Below are positions 12,289 to 26,672 of a stretch of DNA of 40,587 nt, one piece after another (the first letter of the stretch is position 1; each line of letters opens with the position of its first letter). The stretch spans positions 1 to 40,587 of the forward strand of contig NW_021835418.1 in NCBI RefSeq assembly GCF_006345805.1, in the 5' to 3' direction. Both the position numbers and the translations under genes were made by a program. Source of the DNA: Octopus sinensis (Eukaryota). Below the pieces are notes generated by a model. The model did no database searches, was not told the DNA's origin, and saw nothing but the letters and a program-made list of their open reading frames with translations.

Positions 12289-13642
12289 CACAACGTAACA
12301 ATTTTCAAAAAAAATTGTTAATTGTATTTTTTTTATTGTTTATCAATCTATTTTTTCTGCTGATTCCAAAAATGAAATTATTTTTGTGTCTCATCAACAG
12401 TTAAAAAAATATGTCGACTTTCAATGTTATTATATATTCGGTATTGTTATAATGTTCCGCTGACTAATGTATGTCTAATTTTCCCTTTCAGACCAATTAC
12501 TAAGTTGTGCTACTTTCAGGATGGCTTCTAGAATATGTAAAAATTCTCCAGATACATTTTGCTATGTGTGTGGTTATTATATTGGAAAAAAGCAGGTATT
12601 ACATAAGATTGTGAAAGGTGCCAAATTGTGGATAGCGTACAGACTATTTCGGAATGCCCATGGGTGACCAGGACAAACCACGGGCCCCCACATGTGATAT
12701 GTGGAAGCTGTCAGTCTACTCTAGAATGATGGTTAAGAGGTACAGGAAGGTCAATGCCTTTTGCCATTCCAAGGGTGTGGAGAGAGCCAAAGAACCATCA
12801 CGATGACTGTTACTTTTGTATAATCAATGTGACAAAGTACAGAAAAGTGAAAAGAAGACAAGCTCTTCAGTATCCAGACATACCATCATCTAGAGCACCT
12901 GACAGTTTACGAGTACCACTACCACCAGAAAATATTTCATCTGAAGAGTCAACAAGTAGCAGAAGCCAAGAAATGGCAGAAGCGTTCGTACCATGAACGA
13001 CTTCAGAGCCTCACTTTCCAAATCAGAGTGAGCTAGATGATTTAATCAGGGATCTGGGTCTTACTAAGCCAGGAGTTGAACTCCTTTCATCAAGGTTGAA
13101 GGAATGGAATCTACTGGGGGAAGACTGCAAGACATCTGTGAACTGGAAATGCCATGAAGTGAGGATCATGGTGAGAGATTTAATCAGGACGTCGCAACTA
13201 TGGAAAGAAGATACCAAGGACGATGGGATACTGCTATGATGGGAGATTATATATGGTCTTTAGTCAGAAGAGATGAAGGTATACACTCTAGAAAATCTCG
13301 ATCGTCAAAGCACTTCTCATCTTAAGAAAAGAGTTATCAAGGCATTTACAGTGCAGAGTTTTATTGTTTCTTTTTGTTGTAACTAATATTATACTTCCTA
13401 AATACTTTTCAATAAATGAAAAATTACTAAATGTTGTGTAATTATCCTTACAATACTAGAATAGATTGAACCAACAAAGTGCTGTAGAGAAAAGTTACAA
13501 ATATAACGAGCAAATATGAAATTAGCAATAAATAAATAACTATCGATGTTAGGTAAAAATGAATGTGATTTTTGAATTTAGTGGCAAAAAATGCTTATAT
13601 GAACATTAAAAAATACAAATAAACAAAACGTGTTACATTGTG
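12289..13642 (+). mobile_element. Internally deleted Chapaev3-type (CMC) DNA transposon
   Basis: Termini CACAACGTAACA (12289) and the reverse complement of CACAATGTAACA (ending 13642), with TTA on both flanks. The transposase remnant starts at ATG 12521: CKNSPDTFCYVCG, GDQDKP.APH..CGSC, MPFAIPRVWREPKNHHDDCYFC, NQSELDDLIRDLGL...LLSSRLKEWNLL. It then jumps to the C-terminal SEDHGERFNQD...MERRYQGRWD. Stops and frameshifts are present. Confidence 0.85.
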
Positions 13643-15199
13643 TTAGTAGAGTCGTTAGAACGTTGGACTTAGACACAAACTTAATCAGGCTATAAATTTG
13701 TTTTTTACTTATTTTGCTTTCTTTCTTTTTGTGGAAAAATCCGATCCTCAATATTGAAATTTGTATACGTATATAGCTACACACACACACTACCTTGTGG
13801 TATTTATACAAACTCTTTGTCTGCTGAGTTCAAATCCTGCCGAGATTAATTTTGATTTTTTATTATGCAAGGGTCGATAATTAAAATGCCAGTCTGAGGT
13901 GGTGGTCTGATGGATTTATATATTTGACAAGATGCCTTGTAGTATTTAATGTGGTTCTTTGTGATCTGAGTTCAAATCCTTTTGTTGCCTCCCTGGGTTG
14001 CAGACTTAATCTATCACCTTTTTCAACACCATCACCTGGCCCTTGAGATGCTTTTTAGGAGAGGATTTCTCTGTTGTATGCATTCACCACATTTGAAGAC
14101 CCTGGAAATATAAAGGACCATCGGCAGGGCCCTTCTCCCTTGCTAAGCTTTCAAAAGATTAAGTTTACAAAAAACTAATAATTTAACAGCCATAAAATTA
14201 ATTTACAAATTTTAAATTGCACTTGAGAATTAGAAATCCACTGTAAACTACCTAAAATTGTGTATCCTTAGATGAACATATCCATTCCTCTAATTTCCAT
14301 TAAATAGTTTTGACATAGTCATAACCAAACTATACTTTATTTTATATTCTGGAAATGAAAATTTTTATTTGTAATGTAACAGTGTAAAATCTCTGAAAAT
14401 TTTCTTGTCTAAAAATACTGCCTGAAAATAAAACAAATTCCAATATAAAAGTTTATGCTTCAAATAGTTCTAATGAAGCTTTAACGAAGTGTATTGGTAA
14501 ATTGCGTATTAAATAAAATAATTACCTGGATTACTTGTGTTGAGGTGTTTATTCTAGCCTGAAGACTGTCTCTCTCAGAAATATCATGCAAAAGTCGCAG
14601 TAGTTTGGCTAGTATACTGCACTTAAAGCTATATTTATAATCTACCAGGAAGAAGTTTCTAGATACCTGGTGGGTGTTACCTTGTCATGGGTATGTATCT
14701 TGGTTTAAAAGTATGTGTCTGTTGTAGTGTATAGGTATGTGTGTGTATATGTTGGTGTGTTGTAGTATATGTTAGCCAGATTGCATCGACACGCCTATCT
14801 CAGATTACCACAGACTGTATGAATGACACCCTCTCCCCACCTCCCATCCAATTCTATATTCTTTCTTTCTCTCTTTACATCCTCTCCAACATGGCCACCA
14901 CCACCACCACCTCTCCATGCATTTCCATTCAAGTGTTTCATGTTTCTGAACCAATCATATTCACTTATTTTGCCTTCTTTCTTTATATGGAAAAATCCCA
15001 TCCTCAACATTTAAATTTGTATACATACATATATAGCTACACACACACACACACACATACATATATATACATATAAACATGTACCTACAAACACACCCAT
15101 ATACACACACACATACAGGCATACCTTTTCCAATGAGTTGTAGTGACCCTAACATCGTATACAATAAGCCCATTATAGTTATTATTATTATAATTAATA

Positions 15200-15400
15200 A
15201 GAATCGTTAGCATGCTGGGCAAAATGCTTAGTGGTATTTCACTTGTCACTACGTTCCAAGTTCAAATTCCACCGAGGCCGACTTTGGTTTCATCTCCCCA
15301 GGGTCAATAAAACAAGTATCATTTGAGTACTGAGGCCGATGTAGTCAACCGTCCGCTTCCCTACAAAATGTCAGGCCTTGTGCATTTAGAAGAAAGGACT
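15200..15400 (+). mobile_element. tRNA-derived SINE copy (same family as the 9.4-11 kb array)
   Basis: gaatcgttagcatgctgggcaaaatgcttag...agttcaaattccaccgagg...aggccttgtgc. Confidence 0.7.
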
Positions 15401-16213
15401 GTTATTTGTGCAGTGAATGACTTCATCGTTAATGTGTCGGACATTGAACGAAGCAAGGAAGGAGAATGCTTTAGAGTAGCTAACCCTGATAGAAATAACA
15501 GCCAAATCTCCTTCTAGTCAGATTCTATTGTTATAGGAATGTATATATGTGTGTATTGAGCCAATGACCGAGAGCTCTGTATGGCTGTTAATCACGAGAA
15601 TTCTCCTATTTTGATCTGAGCTTTGTGTACTAAAGATCTTTAAAGTTTGATATTTTCTAAATCTCTAAGTTCCAAACAATGGCTGCATCTCTTTTCATTT
15701 TTTGTGTTAGCATTTTATCTGCCATAAGGGATCAGAAAGGAGCCCTTTAATTGGTTTGGAGAGAGTGATATACTGATAATTAAATATCCTTAAATACACC
15801 ACACACACACTGTCCATATACATATATCTATGTATGTGTGTGTGTATATATCTCCGTATGTTACTGTATATAATATCAAATTATTCCTCACAATTTTTTC
15901 TTGTAAAATGTCTGTTTTCTACTGAAAAATATTCTATTTCAACAGACATTCTTTGTTGCAGAAAACAAAACCTAAGAAAAACCAATGTATATATAATCCC
16001 TCTCATCAATGTATATATGTGTGTGTATATAAATGTATGAATGTGTGTCTGTATGTATGTAGGTCAGTAAGCATATCTATGTATGTATGTATGCAGGGGT
16101 GAGTATGTGCATGCATCTGTAGCTGTATATATGTGTGTATGTTCATATTAAGTATATGTATAGACATATGTAGTAAGTATATATACAAAGGTAAGTATAT
16201 ATATAAATATATG

Positions 16214-16251
<38 letters not shown>

Positions 16252-16316
16252 TATATAAATATATATATATACGTGTATATATAAACATATATATGTGTAT
16301 ATATATGTATGTATAT

Positions 16317-16500
16317 CTGCTGAGCTGGCAGAATCGTTAGTACCCCAGGCAAAATGCTTAGCAGTGTTTTCATCTGACTTTATGTTCTGAGTTCTAATTC
16401 CATGGAGATTCGCATTCAGGGACGATGGCCACTGGGACTGATGCAATCAAAACTGGAGCATTCCACGAATCTGCTGGCCTTGTGCCAAAATTTGAAGCCA
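16317..16500 (+). mobile_element. tRNA-derived SINE copy
   Basis: gagctggcagaatcgttag...gagttctaattcc...ggccttgtgccaaaatttgaa. Confidence 0.7.
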
Positions 16501-16654
16501 ATATATATATAATAGTGCACATATTTATACACAGGACACCTTATGTGCTAGAGAGGGCAGTTAAAGCCCAAACCACAAGAGTAATTTCAAAGGGAACACG
16601 AGTTTCTCTATTACTGTGCAAATAAATTGATTTGCCCAAATGGAAATTGTTGTT

Positions 16655-16966
16655 AAGATACCTGTGCCGGTGACATGTTAAAAGTACCGTCCGAATGTGG
16701 GAGATGCCAGCGTGGCCTGACTGGCGTTTGTGTCGGTGACACGTAAAAGCACCAACCAATTCTGGCCGTTTGCCAGCCTCCTGTGCCGGTGGCACGTAAG
16801 AAGCACCCACTACACTCACGGAGTGGTTGGCATTAGGAAGGGCATCTAGCTGTAGAAACGCTGCCAGATCAGACTGGGGCCTGGTGAAGCCTTCTGGCTT
16901 CCCAGACCCCAGTTGAACCGTCCAACCCATGCTAGCATGGAAAATGGACGCTAAACAATGATGATG
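16655..16966 (+). mobile_element. RTE LINE 3' end / RTE-tail SINE with (GAT)n tail
   Basis: Matches the reverse complement of 35720-35950 and ends ...ggacgctaaacaatgatgatgat. Confidence 0.8.
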
Positions 16967-16985
16967 ATTTGTGGTTGGGTATATA

Positions 16986-17018
<33 letters not shown>

Positions 17019-17921
17019 GATGTATATGTATTATATATATATATATATATATATACATACACACACACACATACAGTCACACCCTTTACACCCATGCCTT
17101 CCCCCAATACAATCTGGTCCCCCACCCCATCTCAACACTTTCCTTTCCTCCTACTTCATGCCCCTCCACTCTCCCTCATATGCCTCCTCACACACATTCA
17201 CTCTCAATGCCCTCACAGACGTACCATTGTCCCCTTAGACACTCCTGTATCTCTCACCCTCTTAGGGATCACCCCTCTCTCTTCTCTCTATCCACACACC
17301 CTGTACAGTCTTCTGAACCCCTTCATTATGCAGATGCTCCTACTTCTTTGTGCATTCACTCTGCCTATTCCGAATATGATCCTATTTAATAAGAGAGGAG
17401 GGGAGTGAAAAGTAACGCTCTCTTTCTGTAGAGAGACTGTCCAACTGTCTGTCTCTGCGTCCGTCCGTCTGTCCACGCATCCAATCACACAAACAGGTAT
17501 ATGGTTCTAATTTACAGGAAACAAAAGACAGGTGTAGGAACAAGGAACACATGTTTTAGTTAAAAGCTCGAGAATGGACAAGTTTATTCTATATTATTTA
17601 CATAAATATATATATGTATATATGTACATATATATATGTGTATATATATATATATACAAATTGAGATAGGGGTTGTAAATGCAACCCTCCATGGGATAAC
17701 ATATATCCAATATACTGCTATTTACTTATATTTATATTCTCTTATACATATTGTACTTATTGTATCACATTACTCCTTTATGTACACTGTTTTGTTCTAT
17801 ATTATTATGTTTGACCTTAAAGTTTCTTATGTGGTGGTTTAATAAAGTATGTGATTGGGTATTATCTGGAAATTGATATTTGATTTGGATGTATTTCTCC
17901 ATTTTCTTATTTTGTATATAT

Positions 17922-17952
<31 letters not shown>

Positions 17953-20493
17953 TTACCTATATATGATTGTTTGTATGTATATATACATTTATGCACATAA
18001 TGCAAGCTAATTAATTAGTGAGAGAGTGTAACGCAGTGCCCCAAAATCTAATAATTACGTGAGCAGAATGGTAACAACGTATTACTGGTATTTGATGTTT
18101 TTCACTGTCTGGCGAGATGCTGTGTATTGTTAGTCTAAATAGTATGTCATGGCTGGAATGTCTTGGCTTCTAGATTTGATGGATCAGGGTTGAGTTGGGG
18201 CTAAACTGCTATAACTACACTAATACGATCCTCTCCCTCCGACAGGCACCATGACCACCACCACTAGCATGGACTATTAGAGAAAGTAGGTAAACCTCAC
18301 CCAAATCACATGTGGAACAATAAATTTGTAGCTGGCATTCACTGACTTGATCCACAAGCTTGGGAGAAATGACATGACAACAACAACAACACCAACAATA
18401 TCACACACACACACCACCACCACCACCACCACCACAACCATCAAGACCAAAGAAAGAAAATTAAATTCATGATGTATAAAAGGTTAAAGAATGTTAGAGC
18501 TGTTAGAAATAGCAGCCAAATCCCCTTCCAACAACACCATTTTGTCTTAACATAACTTCATACATATTTATGTATGTGACCAGTGACAGTTGAATTGTAC
18601 ATGAGGACTAGAGCTGTTAGAAATAGCAGCCAAATGCCCCTCCAACCTACAGAAATTAACTGCAGTTTATAAATTCTATGGCTGTCTTTCAACAAATGAA
18701 CAACAGGTCCATTTAACTGCAGCACTTCATATGCTAGAAACAACAGCAAGACTTTAGCAAACATGTATATGAAGACAGAGAAAGAGAAGGGGCAATTTTG
18801 ATGTAATCACCCCAAACAACCCCTCAAAACTTTTTCCTTTTTGTGAATTTTTAGAAGAGTTTTGTAAATTTGTTCTAAACACAGGAATTGATACAGTTAT
18901 GCAAAAGTGAAAAGAAAAGATAGTTTTTGTTCTTTTTAAGGGCTATTTAGCTGTTATTTTTAACATATCGCATGACCACTTGATACCCTCCTTGTTTCTT
19001 TCTCACTCTTACATATTGATGTTTTCATTATCTTTCAATAAATTCCTTTTATGGTCTTTTGCTGGGATTTAAGCACAAAGTCCAGACTGTCCATTTTTTA
19101 AATTTCAAAATATTAAAACAAAATTCCTGGAAACTGAAAAACACAAAACTGTTATGAGTGATTATATGGGATGCTTCAATCAGAATTCCGACATGGACAA
19201 AATATAGAAAGAAGCAGAAAGAAAAATATTTAAATATCTCATGTATCAATGCTTAATGGACACTAGACCTGCTGCAAGAAATAGCAGCCAAGTCTCCCTA
19301 AATCACAGACCTGTCTCTCTGTGTGTCTGTCTATCTATTATCAGCTCTTCTTCAGAGCATTTTAGGATCAGATACCTTCCTTGCAACCCTCATCCGTATA
19401 GACATTCAGTCCCAGGGCACCCACAGAGAGCACCATTTTCTACCATACACATATATGATTATTCTTTGTCTGTTGGCACAAGGCCTGGAATTCTAGTAGA
19501 GGCAGCTAATTGACCCCATCGACCCTGTGTGTGAACGATTCTTCCACCTCACTGGCTTATACACATACACATACTGTAACATCTCTCTCTCTCTCTCTGT
19601 CACTCTCTCCTTCTCTATCTTTCTATTCATCTATTAATTATGTAATAATTCACATTTTACATTTAGCACAAGGACTGCAATTATTGTGGGCACCTAATCG
19701 ATTACATTGACCATATTAGTTGATTTGTGCTCAATTCATGACCCTGAAACGATTAGATGCAAAGCAACCCTCACCAGAATTTGAACTCAATGTGAAACTA
19801 CGAAATGGCGTGAATCATTTCCTCTGCCGTGTGAGGGATTCTGCCAACACGCTGCCTTATGAACACACACACACACACACACTCACACATACTATAACTA
19901 CAATAATATATATCATATATAGTTATATTAATACATATATGCTTTTAGAAATAGCAGTCAAATCTCCTAAAATCACACACCATGCTGTGTTATGTCTGAA
20001 GAAATTAACTGCATTGTAGGAAGGCTCGTTGGAATTACCAGCCAATTAAAGCTCTAATTACAGTGTAATTTCTAATGCATATATATGAGGTCATACAGGA
20101 TCTCTATCTGGTAGCTAGATCACTTTTAGTAAATGTTGATTAAACCCCTCCCCTTAAAATTTCTAGCATTCTCCATAAATCAGGAAAAAAAAATCTATTC
20201 TTTCTGAGGGCAGGGAGTCGCTTTTTGTATATCTGTGTATATAGTTGTATTGATATTTTCTCTTGTAGAAATAGCAGTCAAATCCCTTTAAATCACACAT
20301 TATACTGAAATATTAGCATTGTGACTCGGCTTGTTAGAAATAACATCCAAATCTCCCTCTGAAATTAAACATAGAAGATGAAGAGAGAGAGCAGAATGAG
20401 AGAGAAAAGAGTGAGAGAGGGAGGAGGACATATAATGATTGAGTGAGAAAGAAGGAGGGATCGCTGGAATAAATACAAGGCTTAACAAAAATA

Positions 20494-21590
20494 TGAGGGG
20501 TGTTCATTAAAGATGTTCCCTCACCCACCCACTTCCAGTTATTGCAGGAAACGGAACTCGTACAGGTATAGTCATACCTGTCTCCCCATGTCCCATTGTA
20601 AATTGCAGCTTTCCACTCGGATTCGTTTGTCTTTTGCGGCTGCTGAAGTGGACTAAGCTGTTATAATGGAGGCAGTTGAATGCAGATCAGGGATCAGGTT
20701 CTTATACTTGGAAGGTCGTACAACAAATGGGACTTTTGATGAGATGAAAGAAGCACTTATGGTGACGATGCACCATCATACAACATAGTCAAGCACTGGC
20801 ATCACCTGTTCAAATGGGGCTGGACATTGGTGGAAACTGTTGGACAACCACATTCTGCCATTGATGATGATGCCATCCATAAAGTGGAAGCTGCCATTTT
20901 GGAGGATTACCACAGAACTTTATGGCAACTAACCCAAAAAGTGAAGATAAGCTTAGGATCTGTGGGAAAAAACTCATTGACAACCATTTGTACATGTTAT
21001 CAGCACAATGGATTCCCCAGATGCTCACATCTTTTCAAAAGCAGGAATGGGTCAATTGTTCCAAGGCCCTTTTGGCAATGTGTCAAGAAAATGAGGAGGA
21101 TTTTTTCAGCAGACCTATCACACAGGATGAAGCGTGGGTCATCACTATGGTCCTGAGACTAAAGTCCAGTCAAAACAATGGAAGTATGATAACTCATCAC
21201 CTCCAAAGAAGAGTCGCGTCCAGCCCTAACCAGGCAAGGTGATGCTCAATCTTTTTAGACCAGCACAGATTAGTGATGATGAATTTTCTGGCAAAGGGCT
21301 GACCAAAGGAGTCTGCTTCCTCAAAGACAACAACTCAGTTCACAAAACACACGTTGCCCAGATGAAAGCACACTCCTGTGGCTATGAAATCCTTACTCTC
21401 CTGACCTCGCACCATCTGACTTCCACCTCTTTCCAACCATGAAATCTTTTTTGAAAGGGAAGAAATTTTCAGATGACAAACTTATTTCTGAAGTAAAGCC
21501 TTGACTCTAGATGCAGCCTACCAACTTCTACAGATGAGGGATACACAACTGCATAAAAGAGACAGGAGAAGTGTGACACCACTTCTGGAG
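20494..21590 (+). mobile_element. Decayed mariner (Tc1/mariner, DD34D) transposon
   Basis: TA-TGAGGGG TIR-like start and ATG at 20666 (MEAVECRSGIRFLYLEG...GDDAPSYNIVKHW). Further motifs are SAQWIPQMLT (WVPHEL-like), ITQDEAWV, KDNNSVH and YSPDLAPSDFHLFP near 21395-21435. Many frameshifts are present and the right TIR is not seen. Confidence 0.9.
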
Positions 21591-21595
21591 GACAA

Positions 21596-22500
21596 TTGAA
21601 GGTTCCTATGGGACAACCTGTTGCGGGCTACTGACCAGATCTGTGGCTGATGCAAAGGCCACTTGACCTAAGGTGGCATGGTGGTGGAACAATGTAGTTG
21701 ACATGGTCATTAGGAAAGAGAAACAGGCATGGAAGGACTGGACTGTGTGTGGTGGAAGCAGGGAACTGTATCAGATCGCCAGAAGGGAAGCTAGGAGACA
21801 GGTTTACTTAGCCAGAAGGGAAGCAGGTAAGATGCCAATGTTCTTTCTTGTGTGGACCAGAGACTCAAAGTGTTTCATATTGCAAGACAGTGTGTGAGAG
21901 AGAATTGTGATGTCAAAAGAGAGAAATGTGTCTGCATGGATGATGGGTCACTTGCATTTAATGATGCTGCAAAGAGAGAGACTTGGAGATGCCACTATAA
22001 ATGGTTCCTGAATGGAAAAAAGTGTGCCAAATGTTGACCTAACAGAGGGATCAGCTATTCAAATTGACAGTACCTTGGTAGATAAAGCAATTAAGGGTAT
22101 GGAAGCAGGGAAAGCTCCTGCCTCATTAGGAATCACTGGTGTGATGCTTAAAATATCTGGTGGTGTAGGCTGTAGTCTAGTCACATGTATAGTCAAGCAG
22201 GTGATGTGCAAAGGGGTCATACCCAATGACTGGTGTTGCAGCACCATAATCAATTGCTACAAAGGTAAAGGTGATGCATTAGACAAAACTAATTACAGAG
22301 GTATGAAATTGTGGACCAGGTGATGAAAGCCACGGAGAGGGACATAGCCCAACTAAATAGGGAGTGAGTTAGTTTAGATGAGATGCAGTTTGGGTTTGTG
22401 CCAGGGAGAAGCACTATTGATGCTATATTTCTGGTAAGACAGCTGTAGGAGAAATATCTAGTCAAAGATAGTCTCCATACATGGCATTCATTGACAAGGA
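21596..22500 (+). mobile_element. Older RTE-clade LINE fragment (linker plus RT N-terminal part)
   Basis: WWWNNVVD..IRKEKQAWKDW, GKAPASLGITGVMLK, CYKGKGDALDKTNYRG and MQFGFVPG, all homologous to the 36.5-39.3 kb element. Confidence 0.9.
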
Positions 22501-23397
22501 GCCATATTTTTTTATTGAACTTAAAACATTTGACCCTTTAAATTAACTTTGGTACTCGCAGCTATCAGGTGACATTTTTTTCAGGGGTCCTTATGCCTCT
22601 GATCCATCTGTCCATAAGGGTATTCTTGGCCATTGAGGTGGTGGTAGGGTGTCTACCTGTTTTCAGTTGACTGGGCCAGAAACATGGATAATCTTGCGAA
22701 AACAAACTCAAAGCTAAAAAATAGGTTTATTGAGTGAAATGACTAAATCTTTTTGAATAGAGAAACATCAGGTGAGTTTTATTTCAAACAATTGTTTTCG
22801 GGTAAGGTCATAAATATATCTGTATTTATGTATAAGTAAATGTGTACCCAAGCACATCTGCCCACACACACTCACTCTTACGTATGTTTTTACTTAGACA
22901 TAAACACAGGTGACATTGTAGCTGGCCTAAATCTCATCTTTTCAAATAAAACTCACCTGATTCTTCTATTCAGCAGGTATTAATCCTTTCATTCAATAAT
23001 GCACAACAACCGGTTTTTTTTTTCCTTTTTCTCTTTTTTTTTTTTGCTTATTATTTTGACCTCTTGCAATTTCTATTCATGTGTATGTGTGTGTATATAT
23101 GTATGCGTGTGTGCAACCACCTGCATGCTAATGTGTGTGCGTAGGGATGTGCCACACCCCTCAAGACCTGGGCAGACATGAAGACTGTGTGAAAAGAAAT
23201 CTGATACACCCTCCACCCTCCACCCCACGGAAGAAAGGAGAAGACTTTGGAAATTGCTTTTAAGTAAGAAACTCAGTCTGTCTGTCTATCTATCTGTCTA
23301 TATATGTATATATGGTGGTGCTCCAGCATGACCACAGCTGCATGACTGAAATGAGTAAAAGAAAACAATAAAACAATAGTATATATGTATACATATA

Positions 23398-23472
<75 letters not shown>

Positions 23473-23490
23473 CATATATATATATATATA

Positions 23491-23730
23491 CTAAGCAATA
23501 AGGTTTAGCAACGAGTTGCCTTACCACATACCGAATTTAGAAATAGCAGTCAAAGGGTTATAGCTATTTCTATTTCTAAATTCGGTATGTGGTAAGGCAA
23601 CTCGTTGCTAAACCCTTATTGCTTAGTATTACTTAAATTTTCCTCGAATGAGGCTTTTACATGCCGAAGACTACTTGGTGTAATTGATAATTTTTCCAAA
23701 TTAATTAATTTCACCCTTCATTATTACGTA
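23491..23730. repeat. Interspersed repeat copy carrying a 56-bp near-perfect fold-back (arms 23491-23546 and 23570-23626)
   Basis: The arms are reverse complements apart from a 1-nt indel. A homologous copy at ~27978-28150 lacks the second arm. Confidence 0.85.
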
Positions 23731-24161
23731 TATATATATATATATATATATATACATTTGAAGTATTGTCCAGGTATATCTAAATGAAGAAGACTAATCA
23801 AATTTACAAACGTATTTAAAGGGTCTGAAACCTAGGTACTAGATTATCGATTCCGGGTTGTTCATTTATCTAATGTTCTTCCTAGAGGTAAGATGGAAGT
23901 CTTTATGTTCCCAGCCTTCACGCGTCTTTCCCAGTATATATACACAGTGAAGCTTTACTACAGGGTCGTAAATCTATTGACTGCTATTTCCAGTAAACAT
24001 TGGTGCCTTGTTGTACCACTAATCTATATTTATTCTTCTACCTTAACCTGGTGTTTTATTTGACTGGAAAGTAAGACATTTGTTTTGCAATATTTTAATT
24101 TTCATTGTGTGCGTGTATATATATATATATATATGAATGTATATACATGTATATGTATATA

Positions 24162-24222
<61 letters not shown>

Positions 24223-24236
24223 ATATTATATAGAAG

Positions 24237-24287
24237 AGCTTCTACAGGACTAGAACTGTTTCATTCAAGAGAAATCATCAGGAAGCT
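24237..24287 (-). ncRNA. Type I hammerhead ribozyme motif, copy 1 (CUGAUGA core)
   Basis: Minus strand: AGCUUC-CUGAUGA-UUUC UCUU GAAU-GAAA-CAG UUCUAGUC CUG-UA-GAAGCU. Predicted cleavage is between 24243 and 24242. Confidence 0.8.
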
Positions 24288-24596
24288 AGTTAACAAGAAT
24301 TGTATTGGCATTTATACATTTAGGCAGGTTTAAAGGGGTGGGGTGGGGGACTTTTGGGGGTAGACATAGCGCAAAAATATCATACTTTGGGGAGGGGTCA
24401 AGGAGTCAGTGGTAAATTAGATAAAAGAATAAATAAAAGAATAAAAAAATATATAGAAGAATAGAGTTTTAGGTAAATAAGGAGATTCTCACTTATACAT
24501 ATACACATATGTATATATATACACACACACACACACACATATACATACACACATACATACACACACACACATATATACATATACATATACACACAC

Positions 24597-24639
<43 letters not shown>

Positions 24640-24792
24640 TATGCACATATATATACACACACACATGTATATATACACACACGACCACACATACATATAC
24701 ACACAAAAATATATACATACACACACATACACATACACACATAGACACACATATCCACATACACACATGCACACACAAGTCCCTATATACAC

Positions 24793-24861
<69 letters not shown>

Positions 24862-25283
24862 ACATATGTGTACCTATACATACCTACACATACACACATA
24901 TACATACAAATACAAACCCATTCCCTAATTTTAATTTTATTATTATCTTCATTTATTACTTTTGTTATCTTTGACCACGGGTCACAGGCATTTGGCTACG
25001 ACAGCAAGTCCATTTATCTTTCTACTTGAACACAAGCACTCACTCACGCACGCACACTCATTAGCACGCACACTCATTAGCACGCACACTCACTCATACA
25101 CATACACGCACGCACGCGTTATATTCATACATACATACATCTACATACATTCACATTTATACACATACGTACGCGTACCTACAGATTCATGTCTACACGC
25201 TTAGAAGACTAGTCCATACATATAACCAATAAATATATATACACACATACATATACACCTACATACAAATACATATATATATA

Positions 25284-25316
<33 letters not shown>

Positions 25317-25512
25317 CGTATATATACATACATACATACACCCATACATACATACATATATATACACATACACATACCCACACATGTACATATACATACA
25401 TATACGTGCATACATACACATACATATACATACATATACACATACATATATATATATACATACATATATATATACATATATATATATATATATTAATTTA
25501 TTATATAGAAGG

Positions 25513-25563
25513 AGCTTCTACAGGACTAGAACTGTTTCATTCAAGAGAAATCTTCAGGAAGCT
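25513..25563 (-). ncRNA. Type I hammerhead ribozyme motif, copy 2 (CUGAAGA core)
   Basis: Same fold as copy 1, with N7=A. Predicted cleavage is between 25519 and 25518. Confidence 0.8.
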
Positions 25564-25854
25564 AGTTAACAAGAATTGTATTTGGCATTTATACATTTAG
25601 GCAGGTTTAAAGGGGTGGTGGTGGGGGACTTTTTGGGGGTAGGCATAGTGCAAAATATCATACTTGGGGGAGTGGTCAAGGAGTCAGTGGTAAATTAGAT
25701 AAAAGGATGAATAAAAGAATAAAAGAATAAAAAAATAAAAAAAAATATATAGAAGAATAGAGTTTTAGGTAAATAAGGAGATTCTCACTTATACCTATAC
25801 ACATATGTATACATATATACACACACACACACACATATACATACACTCATACAT

Positions 25855-25889
<35 letters not shown>

Positions 25890-26242
25890 CACATATGTGT
25901 ACCTATACATACGTACACATACACACATATATATACACATACAAATACAGACCCATTCCCTAATTTTAATTTTATTATCTTCATTTATTACTTTTGTTAT
26001 CTTTGACCGCTGGTCACAAGCATCTTGGCTACGACAGCAAGTCCATTTATCTTTCTACTTGAAAACAAGCACTCATTCACACACGCACACTCATTAGCAC
26101 GCACACTCACTCATTCGTACACTCATACACATACACGCACGCGTTATATTCATACATACATACATCCACATACGCGTACCCACAGATTCATGTCTACACT
26201 CTTAGAAGGCTAGTCTATACATATACACCAATAAATATATAT

Positions 26243-26298
<56 letters not shown>

Positions 26299-26627
26299 CT
26301 GCATATACACCTACATACAATACATAGACTAGCCTTCTAAGAGTGTAGACATGAATCTGTGGGTACGCGTATGTGGATGTATGTATGTATGAATATAACG
26401 CGTGCGTGTATGTGTATGAGTGTCCGAATGAGTGAGTGTGCGTGCGTGAATGAGTGCTTGTTTTCAAGTAGAAAGATAAATGGACTTGCTGTCGTAGCCA
26501 AGATGCTTGTAACCAGCGGTCAAAGATAACAAAAGTAATAAATGAAGATAATAAAATTAAAATTAGGGAATGGGTCTTGTATTTGTATGTAATAATATGT
26601 GTGTATGTGTACGTATGTATAGGTACA

Positions 26628-26672
<45 letters not shown>

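Noticed and set aside
14030-14105. Possible minus-strand micro-exon (tttccAG...GGCCAG/GTGATG)
   Set aside because: The splice signals are plausible, but only one frame is open, it is short, and there is no homology or other support.
14550-14612. CTAGC-CTGAAGA...CAGAAA...GGCTAG, hammerhead-like
   Set aside because: Stem III cannot form, stem II has the wrong register and the cleavage-site base would be G. At best it is a dead remnant.
23491-23626. Tc1/mariner-type MITE with 56-bp TIRs and TA TSD
   Set aside because: The homologous copy at ~28.0 kb lacks the second arm and the family extends past it. A local template-switch inversion explains it better.
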